Shown: one piece after another, positions 35,168 through 44,464 of the stretch
Layout of the letters: each line of letters begins with the position of its first letter
Position numbering within the stretch: the stretch's first letter is position 1
NCBI GenBank assembly: GCA_017396555.1
Contig: JAFQLS010000057.1
Coordinates: forward strand, 28,531-92,530
Direction: 5' to 3'
Length of the DNA stretch: 64,000 nt
Source: Lachnospiraceae bacterium
GTDB taxonomy: Bacteria; Bacillota; Clostridia; Lachnospirales; Lachnospiraceae
Translations under genes and position numbers: made by a program
Notes under the pieces: generated by a model
Told to the model about the DNA's origin: nothing
Databases searched by the model: none
The model's input: only the letters and a program-made list of their open reading frames with translations

Positions 35168-36673
35168 ATGAAGAAAAAGATTCTACTATTAACTCTCGCA
35201 CTTACAATTGCACTGTGTGGATGTACAGGTGGTGGTAATAAAGGGAGCTCTTCATCCACTGATAAGAAGTCAATTGTTGTTGGAATACAACAGGATTTAG
35301 ATAGTCTTGACCCACACTTAGTAGTAGCGGCAGGAACTAGAGAAGTTTTATTTAATGTTTTTGAAGGTTTGGTTAAGCCGGACGAGAACGGAGTATTAGT
35401 TCCAGCTGTAGCAAGTGAATACAAGGTATCAGAGGATGGAAAAAAATATACCTTTACTCTTAGAGAAGGTGTTGAATTTCACAACGGAAAACCGGTAACA
35501 GCTCAGGATGTAAAATACTCGATTGAAAGAAATGCAGGAATGCATGACCAGGAATTATTAATAAGCCGATTTGCAAATATAGATTCTGTAAATATAGTAA
35601 ATGATTCTACAATTGAAGTAATATTAAAAGAAGCGGACACTGAGCTAATAGCTTATATGACAGTTGCTATAATCCCGGAGGATTACAAGGAACAGAGTAG
35701 TAAGCCAATTGGTACAGGTCCTTTTATTTTTGACTCTTATGAAATAGATAACAAATTTGTCGTTAAGAGAAATGATAAGTACTGGGGTGGCAAACCTGAA
35801 CTTGAAGAAGTAGTGTTTAAGATAGTTGCCAATACAGATTCTGTATTGCTCGATTTGCAGGCTGGTTCTATAGATATATATCCATATCTGACAGACGATC
35901 AGGCAAAAGAATTATCAGATAAGTTCAACATAGAAGTAGGAAATACAAATCTTGTTCAGGGAATTTTCCTCAATAATGAAAATGATTATTTTAAAAATGA
36001 AAAAGTTAGAAAAGCAATGTGCTATGCTATTGATAAAGAAGAAATACAGGCGATGGTGTCCGGTGGCAATGGAACTCTTATAGGAAGTTTTATGTTTCCG
36101 GGACTTGGAAATTATTTTAACGAAGAGGTTATAGATGATTATGAATATAACCCTGAAAAAGCTAAGGAGTTATTGAAAGAAGCGGGATATGCTAATGGCT
36201 TTGAATTTAAGATGACTATTCCTAATAATTATCAATTCCACATAAGCACAGGTGAGGTAATTGTACAACAACTTAAGAAGGTAGGAATTACCGTGAACAT
36301 CGAACTGGTTGATTGGAGCGTGTGGTTAAATGATGTGTATACCGGTAGAAAGTTTGAGGCAACAATAATTGGTTTTGATTCAACGCTTGCGCCAAATGAT
36401 TTGATGAGAAGGTTTGTATCTGATAACGATAAAAATATGTGTAATTTTGTGAATGCAAAATATGATGATTATTACAAGATGGCTGTAGAGACAACAGACG
36501 AAAATGAAAAGATTGAATATTACGAGGAACTTCAAAAGATATTATCCGAAGATGCAGCTTCAGTATTTATTCAGGATCCACCACTTTTAGTGGCAGTTAG
36601 TAAAGAATTAGAAGGTTACACCTTTTATCCTGTATATGTTCAGGATATGTCGAAGATAAAATTTGTAGATTAA
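35168..36673 (+). CDS. ABC transporter substrate-binding lipoprotein, family 5 (peptide/nickel type)
   Basis: Lipobox LALCGC. SBP_bac_5-like sequence (FTLREGVEFHNGKPVTAQDVKYS). ATG 35168 lies 7 nt after GGAGGA. Confidence 0.85.
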   Translation: MKKKILLLTLALTIALCGCTGGGNKGSSSSTDKKSIVVGIQQDLDSLDPHLVVAAGTREVLFNVFEGLVKPDENGVLVPAVASEYKVSEDGKKYTFTLREGVEFHNGKPVTAQDVKYSIERNAGMHDQELLISRFANIDSVNIVNDSTIEVILKEADTELIAYMTVAIIPEDYKEQSSKPIGTGPFIFDSYEIDNKFVVKRNDKYWGGKPELEEVVFKIVANTDSVLLDLQAGSIDIYPYLTDDQAKELSDKFNIEVGNTNLVQGIFLNNENDYFKNEKVRKAMCYAIDKEEIQAMVSGGNGTLIGSFMFPGLGNYFNEEVIDDYEYNPEKAKELLKEAGYANGFEFKMTIPNNYQFHISTGEVIVQQLKKVGITVNIELVDWSVWLNDVYTGRKFEATIIGFDSTLAPNDLMRRFVSDNDKNMCNFVNAKYDDYYKMAVETTDENEKIEYYEELQKILSEDAASVFIQDPPLLVAVSKELEGYTFYPVYVQDMSKIKFVD

Positions 36674-36690
36674 AATATAAGGAGGCAATT

Positions 36691-37653
36691 ATGAAAAGTG
36701 TTTTGTATATAATAAGAAAAATAGTATCTCTTATTCTTACATTGTTATTAGTTTCTGTAATTGCCTTCTTTGTATATGAAATTATTCCGGGAGATTCGGT
36801 TACGTCTATGCTGGGAACAGAATATACCGAGGAAAGAGCAGAAGCTCTGAGGGAAGAATTAGGATATAATAAGCCCATATATGAAAGATATTTGATATGG
36901 CTTGAAAATTTTGTGACGGGAGATATGGGTGAGTCTGTTAATTATAAAATGCCGGTTGCAGACATCATTGCTGATAAGCTACCTGTTACATTATGGCTTG
37001 GGCTTATATCTATGTTACAGATAATTATAATTTCGATACCGCTTGGAGTATGGTTTGCGTGGAGAGAACATAAGGGGAAAGGAATTTTTATTGAATATTT
37101 TAATCAGTTTGTTATGTCTATTCCTTCGTTTTTCTTAGGGATAATAATAATATATATATTTGGAAATATATTAAAGCTATTTACTCCGGGACAGTATGTG
37201 GACTATAAGGAAAATATTGTCGGATTTATCCTGTATTTGATTCCGGCAACCATTACTGTGGCGATATCAAAGATTTCTATGGTTGCAAAATTTACAAGAA
37301 ATTCTATGGTTGAACAGCTTCAAGCAGACTATGTTAGAACTGCAAGAAGTAAAGGTGCATCAGAATTGAGAATATTTTTGCACCATATTCTGAGAAATGG
37401 ACTAACTCCGGTAATAACATTTTTAGGTATGGTTGTTGCAGAGGTAATGGCCGGAAGTATAATTGTTGAACAGGTGTTTAATATACCGGGACTTGGAAGA
37501 ACATTAGTAGTAGCGGTTGGAAATAGAGATCTTCCTATTGTACAGGCAATTATTGTTTATATGGCAGCGCTTGTGATAATTGTTAATTTCTTTGTGGATA
37601 TTGTGTACAAATTTATTGACCCTAGAATAACCATTGGTATGGGTAGGGAATAA
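36691..37653 (+). CDS. ABC transporter permease (DppB/OppB-like)
   Basis: Six TM helices; EAA-type loop DYVRTARSKGASE...L.H.LRN. Confidence 0.85.
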   Translation: MKSVLYIIRKIVSLILTLLLVSVIAFFVYEIIPGDSVTSMLGTEYTEERAEALREELGYNKPIYERYLIWLENFVTGDMGESVNYKMPVADIIADKLPVTLWLGLISMLQIIIISIPLGVWFAWREHKGKGIFIEYFNQFVMSIPSFFLGIIIIYIFGNILKLFTPGQYVDYKENIVGFILYLIPATITVAISKISMVAKFTRNSMVEQLQADYVRTARSKGASELRIFLHHILRNGLTPVITFLGMVVAEVMAGSIIVEQVFNIPGLGRTLVVAVGNRDLPIVQAIIVYMAALVIIVNFFVDIVYKFIDPRITIGMGRE

Positions 37654-37665
37654 GGGGGTAATGTT

Positions 37666-38469
37666 GTGAATAGAAAAAAATATAAAATTGGACTTGTATT
37701 CGGAATTATTATTACCCTTGTGTTACTTGTTACGGTTATTGTGAGTTTTTTTTATTTGCCGTATGACCCTGACGAAATGAATGTGACACAGAAATTTCAG
37801 GCTCCTTCAGCAGAACATTGGTTTGGAACTGACAATTTTGGAAGGGATGTATTTTCAAGAACTGTGGAAGGGCTTAAAACCACGTTTTTGGTAGCATTGT
37901 TTACAGTTATTATAGGTTCGTTTATTGGAACCTTAGTTGGTGCAGTTACCGGATACTTTGGTGGAATTATAGATGAAGTAATTATGAGAATAAATGATGT
38001 ACTTGCATCCTTTCCCAGTATGTTAGTTGCTATGGTTATGGTGTGCATATTGGGACGTGGACCCGTAAAGCTCGTTCTTATTATGGGTGTAGTATTTATT
38101 CCTAGCTTTGCGAGGGTAATGCGAGGAGAATTTATGAAGCTTAAGAACAGGGATTTTATTCTTAGTGCAAGGCTTATTGGATGCTCGCATTGGAGAATAA
38201 TGTTTTCGCATATTTTCCCAAATACTTTACACACATTGTTATCAAGCGTGGCTATAGGATTTAATAATGCTGTATTAGTAGAGGCTTCTCTTAGTTATTT
38301 GGGAATAGGAGTACAGCCGCCACATGCGAGTCTTGGAAGAATGTTGTCTGAGGCACAGGGATATTTTTCCTATATATGGTGTGTATTGTTTCCGGGACTT
38401 GTTATGGTTCTTATGATTCTTGGATGTGTGTTGTTAAGTGAGAGTGTTGTTAGACTAAAACGCCGATAA
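37666..38469 (+). CDS. ABC transporter permease (DppC/OppC-like)
   Basis: N-terminal HWFGTDNFGRDVFSR, typical of OppC/DppC; BPD_transp_1 core. GTG start follows an AAGGGGG SD. Confidence 0.85.
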   Translation: MNRKKYKIGLVFGIIITLVLLVTVIVSFFYLPYDPDEMNVTQKFQAPSAEHWFGTDNFGRDVFSRTVEGLKTTFLVALFTVIIGSFIGTLVGAVTGYFGGIIDEVIMRINDVLASFPSMLVAMVMVCILGRGPVKLVLIMGVVFIPSFARVMRGEFMKLKNRDFILSARLIGCSHWRIMFSHIFPNTLHTLLSSVAIGFNNAVLVEASLSYLGIGVQPPHASLGRMLSEAQGYFSYIWCVLFPGLVMVLMILGCVLLSESVVRLKRR

Positions 38470-38481
38470 GGAGGCTTAATT

Positions 38482-39870
38482 TTGCTTAATATAAAGAATT
38501 TTTCTATGAAAATAGGAAATAAGCAGATAATTGAAAATATCAACATTGATGTAAATGATGGAGAGATAGTTGCTATAGTTGGTGAATCCGGTTCGGGTAA
38601 AACTATGACAGCTCTTAATGTTGTGGGATTAACTCCTCCGGGTACAGTTGTTGAAGGTGAGATTATGCTGGATGGAGAGTCTTTACTTGAAAGAAAAAAG
38701 AATGACTATTCAGTATCGATAGTATTTCAGGAACCAATGACTTCTTTGAATCCGCTTATGAAAGCAGGAGAACAGATTGATGAGGTTCTTAAGTTACACA
38801 CTGAGCTTGGACGTAAGGAGCGTTATAACAAGATTATTAAAATGTTAAAAAATGTGGAACTCATCAGAGCGAAGGAAATATATAATAAATATCCTCATGA
38901 GTTATCAGGGGGTATGAGACAGAGAATTATGATTGCTATGGCAATGATAAATAACCCTAAATTGCTTATTCTTGATGAACCGACGACAGCACTTGATCCG
39001 AATGTGCAAGAGCAGATTATCGAGATTATTAAAAAGCTTAATAAGCAAGAGAAGACATCTATGATTTTTATTTCGCATGATTTAAATATTGTGAAAAATA
39101 TTGCAAATAAAATTGTGGTTATGAATGAAGGCAGAATAGTAGAATCAGGAACAAAGGATGAAGTGGTAAGAACACCTAAGCATGAGTATACGATTAAACT
39201 TTTGAATGCTATGCCAAAAGGCAAGAAGATGCGAAGAACGAGTAATGATGATTCGCCGATGATAATGATATCTGATGTGGATTTATACTATTATGAGAAT
39301 CGCAAAAAGAATATATATAATACCAGTATTGATTTTAATGTATATCGAGGTGAAATTCTTGGTTTGGTAGGACGTAGCGGAGCAGGAAAGACATCATTGG
39401 CAAAAGCAATTCTTGGGATAAACAAGAATTATTCGGGTAAAATAATTAAAAATGTAAATAGATGTGCTATGGTATTTCAAGACCCGTTAAGTTCATTGAA
39501 TCCTGTACGAACTATAAGGTGGATTCTAAGTGAGCCTCTTAAGGTTCAAAAAAAATATACTAAAGAAGAAATTAATATGGAAATTAAAAGAATAATTAAT
39601 GAGGTGGGACTGGAGGAAGAACATTTCGACAGATATCCGTCTGAGTTAAGTGGAGGGCAGCGCCAGAGAGTGTGTATTGCACTTGCACTTTTGAGCGAAG
39701 CGGAATTTATAGTTGCTGATGAGCCGGTATCGGCACTTGATGTAACTGTACAGGCTCAAATTTTAGATTTGTTATTAAATGTACAGAAGGAATATGGTAT
39801 TACGATTATGTTTATTTCTCACGATTTGCGAGTTGTAGAAAAAATTTGTGACAGAATTATAGAAATTTAA
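38482..39870 (+). CDS. Fused tandem ABC ATPase (DppD-DppF-like in one 462-aa chain)
   Basis: Two full motif sets: GESGSGKT / LSGGMRQR / LILDEPTTALD and GRSGAGKT / LSGGQRQR / IVADEPVSALD. TTG start lies 7 nt after AAGGAGG. Confidence 0.8.
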   Translation: MLNIKNFSMKIGNKQIIENINIDVNDGEIVAIVGESGSGKTMTALNVVGLTPPGTVVEGEIMLDGESLLERKKNDYSVSIVFQEPMTSLNPLMKAGEQIDEVLKLHTELGRKERYNKIIKMLKNVELIRAKEIYNKYPHELSGGMRQRIMIAMAMINNPKLLILDEPTTALDPNVQEQIIEIIKKLNKQEKTSMIFISHDLNIVKNIANKIVVMNEGRIVESGTKDEVVRTPKHEYTIKLLNAMPKGKKMRRTSNDDSPMIMISDVDLYYYENRKKNIYNTSIDFNVYRGEILGLVGRSGAGKTSLAKAILGINKNYSGKIIKNVNRCAMVFQDPLSSLNPVRTIRWILSEPLKVQKKYTKEEINMEIKRIINEVGLEEEHFDRYPSELSGGQRQRVCIALALLSEAEFIVADEPVSALDVTVQAQILDLLLNVQKEYGITIMFISHDLRVVEKICDRIIEI

Positions 39871-39879
39871 AAAAAGTAC

Positions 39880-39908
39880 TTGCATTTTGATTTAAGATTG
39901 TGTATAAT
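39880..39908 (+). promoter_or_regulatory. Sigma-A-type promoter for tRNA-Gln
   Basis: TTGCAT (39880-39885), a 17-nt spacer, then TATAAT (39903-39908). Confidence 0.6.
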
Positions 39909-39927
39909 GTCACTTGTCGCTTGACAT

Positions 39928-39999
39928 TGGCCCATCGCCAAATGGTAAGGCACTGGACTCTGACTCCAGCATTTCAAGGTTCGAATCCTTGTGGGCCAG
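39928..39999 (+). tRNA. tRNA-Gln (anticodon CUG)
   Basis: Cloverleaf read by hand. Acceptor TGGCCCA/TGGGCCA, anticodon arm CTGGA-CTCTGAC-TCCAG, T-arm CAAGG-TTCGAAT-CCTTG, discriminator G, no encoded CCA. Confidence 0.9.
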
Positions 40000-40004
40000 T
40001 TTTT

Positions 40005-40035
40005 AAAGCATCGCGAGATAGAGCGATGCTTTTTT
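40005..40035 (+). terminator. Intrinsic terminator after tRNA-Gln
   Basis: AAAGCATCGC (40005-40014) pairs with GCGATGCTTT (40023-40032), followed by a T-run. Confidence 0.85.
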
Positions 40036-40072
40036 ACTTTATAGGAATATTTAAAGAAAGAGGGCTACTAAA

Positions 40073-41260
40073 ATGATTTGTAGATGTCCTACCTGTGGCG
40101 ATACCGTTAATTACAATGCCGGTGAAAAAAATATTAGCTGTATAAGCTGTGGGAATGAATTTAATGTAAAGTCTGTAGTTAATGAACAGGCATGGGAAGA
40201 ACTTGAAACTATGGATTGTAAAGTATACTCTTGTACAGCTTGTGGAAAAAGAATTATTATTAGTGATGTGGAGGTTTCTACATTTTGTGCTCATTGTGGA
40301 CAACCAACAATTGTATTTAACAGAATAGCTAAAACAGTAAGACCACAGAAGATTATTCCGTTTAAGGTGACAGAGGAAGAAGCTGTCAGAACTGCAACTG
40401 AAAGCCTTAAGAAGAATCTGTTTATAGATAAAAACTATAAGAATATAAAGATTGAAAAGGCCTTCGGTGTATATGTGCCATATTGGATATTTGACATTTC
40501 ATATATGAACAAACAGGTCATAGAATGGGAGAGTATATTAGACGATTTATATAGACTGAAGTATCAGTATGTAAAAAGTAAGTATTCATATATAGAAGGT
40601 AAGTGTTATTTTGATAAAATGACGGTGGACGCTTCTAAGCAGTTTGCTGATGAATCTTCATATATGCTAGAACCTTATGATATATCTGAGCTTAAGCCGT
40701 TTGAGGTAGCATATCTATCAGGATTTTATGCGGATTGTTTTGATTTGAATAAAAAAGAAGTAACAGAACTTGCAGTTAATAGAGCAAGGAAAATTTATAA
40801 TGATGAGATAATAAAATATATTCCTATTGGTGGACGTTTCGTAAGATTTTTAACGGATTTTCCGGATTATAAGATTGAGTCTGCTGAATATGCAATGTTA
40901 CCTGTATGGTTGATATCATATGAGAAAAATGCTACACCATTTACACTTCTTGTAAATGGTCAAACAGGTAAGCTTGCGTCAGGGATTCCCTATAGCGAAA
41001 AGAAGATTAAGGCTGGTATATGTGGACTTGGAAGTATTCTCATGGTACTGTTTACAACACTTACGGTAGTCTTACAGCCATTACTTGAATTTTATCCTCA
41101 AGCGAGAGAATATGTAGTAATTGCTCTTGCTATACTAGCATTTGCACTGATAGGATATGGGGGGAAAATATTCAAAAAGATTAAGAAGAGTATCAATCTT
41201 ACAACTTCTTATACTATAAGTGATTTTATAAAAGAAAGAGATCATAAGGGGAGGGATTAA
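40073..41260 (+). CDS. Double zinc-ribbon protein with C-terminal TM helices (YdjG-like), paralog B
   Basis: CPTCG..CISCG and CTACG..CAHCG ribbons, then IIPFKVTEEEA...VYVPYWIFD...YLSGFYADCF...MLPVWLISY...NGQTGKL. The architecture matches 31397-32458, but the sequence is strongly diverged. Confidence 0.7.
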   Translation: MICRCPTCGDTVNYNAGEKNISCISCGNEFNVKSVVNEQAWEELETMDCKVYSCTACGKRIIISDVEVSTFCAHCGQPTIVFNRIAKTVRPQKIIPFKVTEEEAVRTATESLKKNLFIDKNYKNIKIEKAFGVYVPYWIFDISYMNKQVIEWESILDDLYRLKYQYVKSKYSYIEGKCYFDKMTVDASKQFADESSYMLEPYDISELKPFEVAYLSGFYADCFDLNKKEVTELAVNRARKIYNDEIIKYIPIGGRFVRFLTDFPDYKIESAEYAMLPVWLISYEKNATPFTLLVNGQTGKLASGIPYSEKKIKAGICGLGSILMVLFTTLTVVLQPLLEFYPQAREYVVIALAILAFALIGYGGKIFKKIKKSINLTTSYTISDFIKERDHKGRD

Positions 41261-41261
41261 T

Positions 41262-41435
41262 ATGTACTTGATAAATATTATATTAGGGATTGCACTTGGT
41301 TTTTCCACTGCGTATGTGGTAATTGCGAAAATGGTATCAAGAACAAGTGATAAAAGTTGGACAAAGACAGAATTTGAGAAGTTCTCATCTAAACCCATTA
41401 AGATTATTAAGAAGAAGAATAGACATAAATGCTAA
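41262..41435 (+). CDS. Small (57 aa) single-TM protein, not in ORF track
   Basis: ATG 41262 lies 1 nt after the upstream stop and is preceded by GGGGAGGGA (41248-41256). MYLINIILGIALGFSTAYVVIAKMVSRTSDKSWTKTEFEKFSSKPIKIIKKKNRHKC has a hydrophobic N-terminus and a basic tail. Confidence 0.5.
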   Translation: MYLINIILGIALGFSTAYVVIAKMVSRTSDKSWTKTEFEKFSSKPIKIIKKKNRHKC

Positions 41436-41482
41436 TCTTAAGCATTAGGACTAGAAAAAAACACTTCTAAATGGAGGAAGTT

Positions 41483-42196
41483 ATGTACAATTTTAAAAGT
41501 ACCATAAGATTTAGTGAAACAAATACATATAAAAAACTTACACCATATTCGTTGGTTAACTACATGCAGGATGCAAGCACCTTTCATTCCATGAAGGTCG
41601 GTCTTGGTGTGGACACTTTAAAGGAAAGAGAAAAGGTGTGGGTTGTTAACTCCTGGCAGATTGAAATTAGGAAGCCGGAGAAACTTGAAGCGTTTTCTGA
41701 TATAGAAATCGGAACCTGGCCTTATGATAAAAAAGGTCCTATGGCATATAGAAATTTCTATATAGCTGATGAAAATGAAGAAAAAATTGTATGTGCTAAT
41801 TCTATATGGGCATTATTGGATACGAAGACTATGAGACCAATTAGAATACAGGATGAAGATGTGGCAGCATATGGAACTGATGAGAAGTTGGATATGATAT
41901 ATGCTGATAGAAAGATTACGTATGGCACGGAGTTACAAGCCTGCGAGCCTATTGAAGTACAGAGATTTCATTTGGATACTAATAATCACGTTAATAATGC
42001 CAAATATTTTCTTATGGCAGAACAACTCGTGCCGGAAGAGGATTATCCGGTTTATTTACGAGCTGAATATAGAAAGTCAGCGGTGTTAGGAGATACAATT
42101 TATCCTTTTGTAGAAAAAAATGATGACAGATATGTTATAGTATTAGGTGATAAGGAGGCAAATCCTTATGCAATAATAGAATGGAGAATAAAATGA
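41483..42196 (+). CDS. Acyl-ACP thioesterase
   Basis: Double hot-dog layout. The N-terminal ...IRFSETN....L.P.SLVNYMQD... and second-half ...FHLDTNNHVNNAKY fit PF01643. The track start 41471 (ATGGAGGA) contains the SD for ATG 41483. Confidence 0.75.
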   Translation: MYNFKSTIRFSETNTYKKLTPYSLVNYMQDASTFHSMKVGLGVDTLKEREKVWVVNSWQIEIRKPEKLEAFSDIEIGTWPYDKKGPMAYRNFYIADENEEKIVCANSIWALLDTKTMRPIRIQDEDVAAYGTDEKLDMIYADRKITYGTELQACEPIEVQRFHLDTNNHVNNAKYFLMAEQLVPEEDYPVYLRAEYRKSAVLGDTIYPFVEKNDDRYVIVLGDKEANPYAIIEWRIK

Positions 42197-43017
42197 TAAG
42201 ATTAGGAGAATATCAGACCCTTAGTATTATTAGTGAAACAGATTTTGGTGTGTATCTTGGAGATGCAGATAACAAGGTGCTGCTTCCTAAGAAACAGGTT
42301 CCGGAAGGAATAAAGAAGGGCGAAGAAATAAGAGTTTTTGTGTATAGAGACTCTCAGGACAGACTTATATCAACTACTAATGAACCGAAGATAACGCTTG
42401 GAGAAATGGCTGTGCTTACAGTTAATGAGGTAGGTAAGATTGGAGCGTTTCTTGATTGGGGTCTTGAAAAGGATTTGTTTTTGCCGTTTAAGGAGCAGAC
42501 TGACAGAGTTACTCCGGGAAATGCTTATCTTGTTGCCTTGTATATTGACAAAAGTTCAAGACTTGCAGCTACTATGCGTGTTCATGACTATTTGATGCCG
42601 GCTAACTGTTATGGCAGAGATGCTATGGTGTCGGGTGTGATATATGGCATAAATGAGGAGATAGGGGCATTCGTGGCTGTTGATAACAAATACTTTGGAC
42701 TCATTCCGAGGAAAGAAATTCATGAAAAATACAGAGTGGGACAGGTAGTAGAAGCTAGAGTTACAGAGGTAAGAGATGATGGCAAACTTAACCTTAGTCC
42801 TAAAAAAAAGGCTTATCTTCAGATGGATGAGGACGCGGAGCTTATTTTAAAAGTAATTGAGGAATATGACGGCGTACTTCCTTACAATGATAAGGCATCA
42901 CCTGAGATAATAAGCAGAGATTTTAAAATGAGTAAAAATGCATTTAAAAGGGGCGTTGGAAGACTTCTTAAATCAGGAAAAGTGGAAATTACTGAAAAAA
43001 GCATAAGACTTAAGTAA
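42193..43017 (+). CDS. cvfB: CvfB/YitL-family S1-like RNA-binding protein
   Basis: G.Y..L.I......G.YL.......LLPKK..P and GAFLDWGLEKDLFLPF motifs, plus a C-terminal winged-helix-like tail. ATG 42193 overlaps the upstream stop (ATGA). Confidence 0.7.
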   Translation: MIRLGEYQTLSIISETDFGVYLGDADNKVLLPKKQVPEGIKKGEEIRVFVYRDSQDRLISTTNEPKITLGEMAVLTVNEVGKIGAFLDWGLEKDLFLPFKEQTDRVTPGNAYLVALYIDKSSRLAATMRVHDYLMPANCYGRDAMVSGVIYGINEEIGAFVAVDNKYFGLIPRKEIHEKYRVGQVVEARVTEVRDDGKLNLSPKKKAYLQMDEDAELILKVIEEYDGVLPYNDKASPEIISRDFKMSKNAFKRGVGRLLKSGKVEITEKSIRLK

Positions 43018-43065
43018 TCACAGGTAAACACCTGATGAAATATATATGAAATGGAGAGTTTAGTT

Positions 43066-43440
43066 ATGAAGAAAATTATTAGTACAGACAAAGCGCCTGC
43101 AGCAATTGGACCATATTCTCAGGCAATTGAAGTTAATGGAATGGTTTACACATCAGGAGTGATTCCTGTAAATCCTGCTACAGGAGAAATTCCTGAAGGT
43201 ATTGAAGCACAGGCGGATCAGGCAATTGGTAATCTTGTAAATCTTATTAAAGAAGCAGGAACAACCGTTGAAAATGTAATAAAGACAACAGTTTTTATTA
43301 AGGAAATGGATGATTTTGCAAAAGTAAATGCAGTATATGCAAAATATTTCACAGAAAACTGTCCTGCAAGATCATGTGTAGAAGTAGCAAGACTTCCTAA
43401 AGATGTTTTGATTGAAATTGAAGCAATAGCAGTGAAGTAG
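43066..43440 (+). CDS. ridA: RidA/YjgF-family reactive-intermediate deaminase
   Basis: APAAIGPYSQA...GQ.P..P.TGE......Q..Q...N........G....V.K.T.F......F..(V)N..Y...F....PARS.VEVA.LP....(I)EIE.IA. Confidence 0.88.
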   Translation: MKKIISTDKAPAAIGPYSQAIEVNGMVYTSGVIPVNPATGEIPEGIEAQADQAIGNLVNLIKEAGTTVENVIKTTVFIKEMDDFAKVNAVYAKYFTENCPARSCVEVARLPKDVLIEIEAIAVK

Positions 43441-43442
43441 TT

Positions 43443-44390
43443 ATGATTAGAGGCGAGAATAGAGCAAAGGCGTACTTTGCAGTAGTAACTTCGGTATATA
43501 TAATCATAAGTTTAGTTGTGGCATTTTTGCCGGAAGATTTTCTTACGAGTGAAATGAGCATAATACTCGGGCAAAGTGTTGTTATAATTCCGGGAATTTC
43601 ATATTGTCTTATTAAGAGAAAAAATATTTTTAAAGAGATTCCGTTTAAAAAAGTATCTGTTTTGAATATTTTGTTGGTGATATTGTTTACATATGCAGTG
43701 CTTCCAATAGTTACACTCATAAATGCCATATCTATGTTGTTTGTAGAAAATGAAGTAAATGCTGTGTTAAATGATTTTACTAAAAATCCATATATACTTT
43801 CTCTGTTTATGGTAGCAATACTCCCGGCAGTGTTTGAGGAGTTTTCTTTTAGAGGGATTATTTTTAACGGGCTAAAATCAAAAAATATTTTGTATGCAAT
43901 TATAGTAAGTGGAGTGAGCTTTGGATTATTCCATATGAACATAAATCAGTTTTTATATGCTACAGTACTGGGTATGATATTAGCACTTTTGGCTGAGGCA
44001 ACAGGAAGTATCATAGCTCCTATGATTATGCATTTTATATTTAATGCAAATAGCGTAACATTGACATATTTGCTTGAATTGCTGGAGAAATTAACAAATT
44101 CCTCTGAAACTGAACAGCTTGCAGAAGAAACTGTAGGTAAGAGTGACCTTATAATTGTTATATATTTTTATGTGGTTATAGGTTTGGTTGCGGGAGTAAT
44201 AGCATTTTTGCTACTTATGCTTATTGCAAAAAGATGTAAGCGATGGGAACATATTAAATCCATTTTTAAAGCTAATAAATCTAAAGAGAAGAAAAAGATT
44301 CTTGCTCAGGATGTGATATGTACAATATTATACTGGATGGCAATAGTTGTCGCTGTACTTGTTATGATTATAAATGAAATAGCGTTATAA
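43443..44390 (+). CDS. CPBP-family intramembrane glutamic endopeptidase (CAAX protease-like)
   Basis: EEFSFRG, FGLFH and HFIFN motifs within a polytopic protein. Confidence 0.8.
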   Translation: MIRGENRAKAYFAVVTSVYIIISLVVAFLPEDFLTSEMSIILGQSVVIIPGISYCLIKRKNIFKEIPFKKVSVLNILLVILFTYAVLPIVTLINAISMLFVENEVNAVLNDFTKNPYILSLFMVAILPAVFEEFSFRGIIFNGLKSKNILYAIIVSGVSFGLFHMNINQFLYATVLGMILALLAEATGSIIAPMIMHFIFNANSVTLTYLLELLEKLTNSSETEQLAEETVGKSDLIIVIYFYVVIGLVAGVIAFLLLMLIAKRCKRWEHIKSIFKANKSKEKKKILAQDVICTILYWMAIVVAVLVMIINEIAL

Positions 44391-44410
44391 ATTATAAATA
44401 AGATAATAAA

Positions 44411-44457
44411 AAGAGAGTGTCAGTACGGAGGAAAGTCTCTGTACCCGACACTCTCTT
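44411..44457. terminator. Long bidirectional terminator hairpin between convergent genes
   Basis: AAGAGAGTGTC (44411-44421) pairs with GACACTCTCTT (44447-44457), with an inner GTACGGAG/CTCTGTAC helix. An A-run lies on the left. Confidence 0.7.
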
Positions 44458-44464
44458 GTAATGT

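Noticed and set aside
39928-41470. An integrated element at the tRNA-Gln 3' end.
   Set aside because: No direct repeat of the tRNA 3' half was seen downstream, there is no integrase, and only two small or medium genes follow before housekeeping genes resume.
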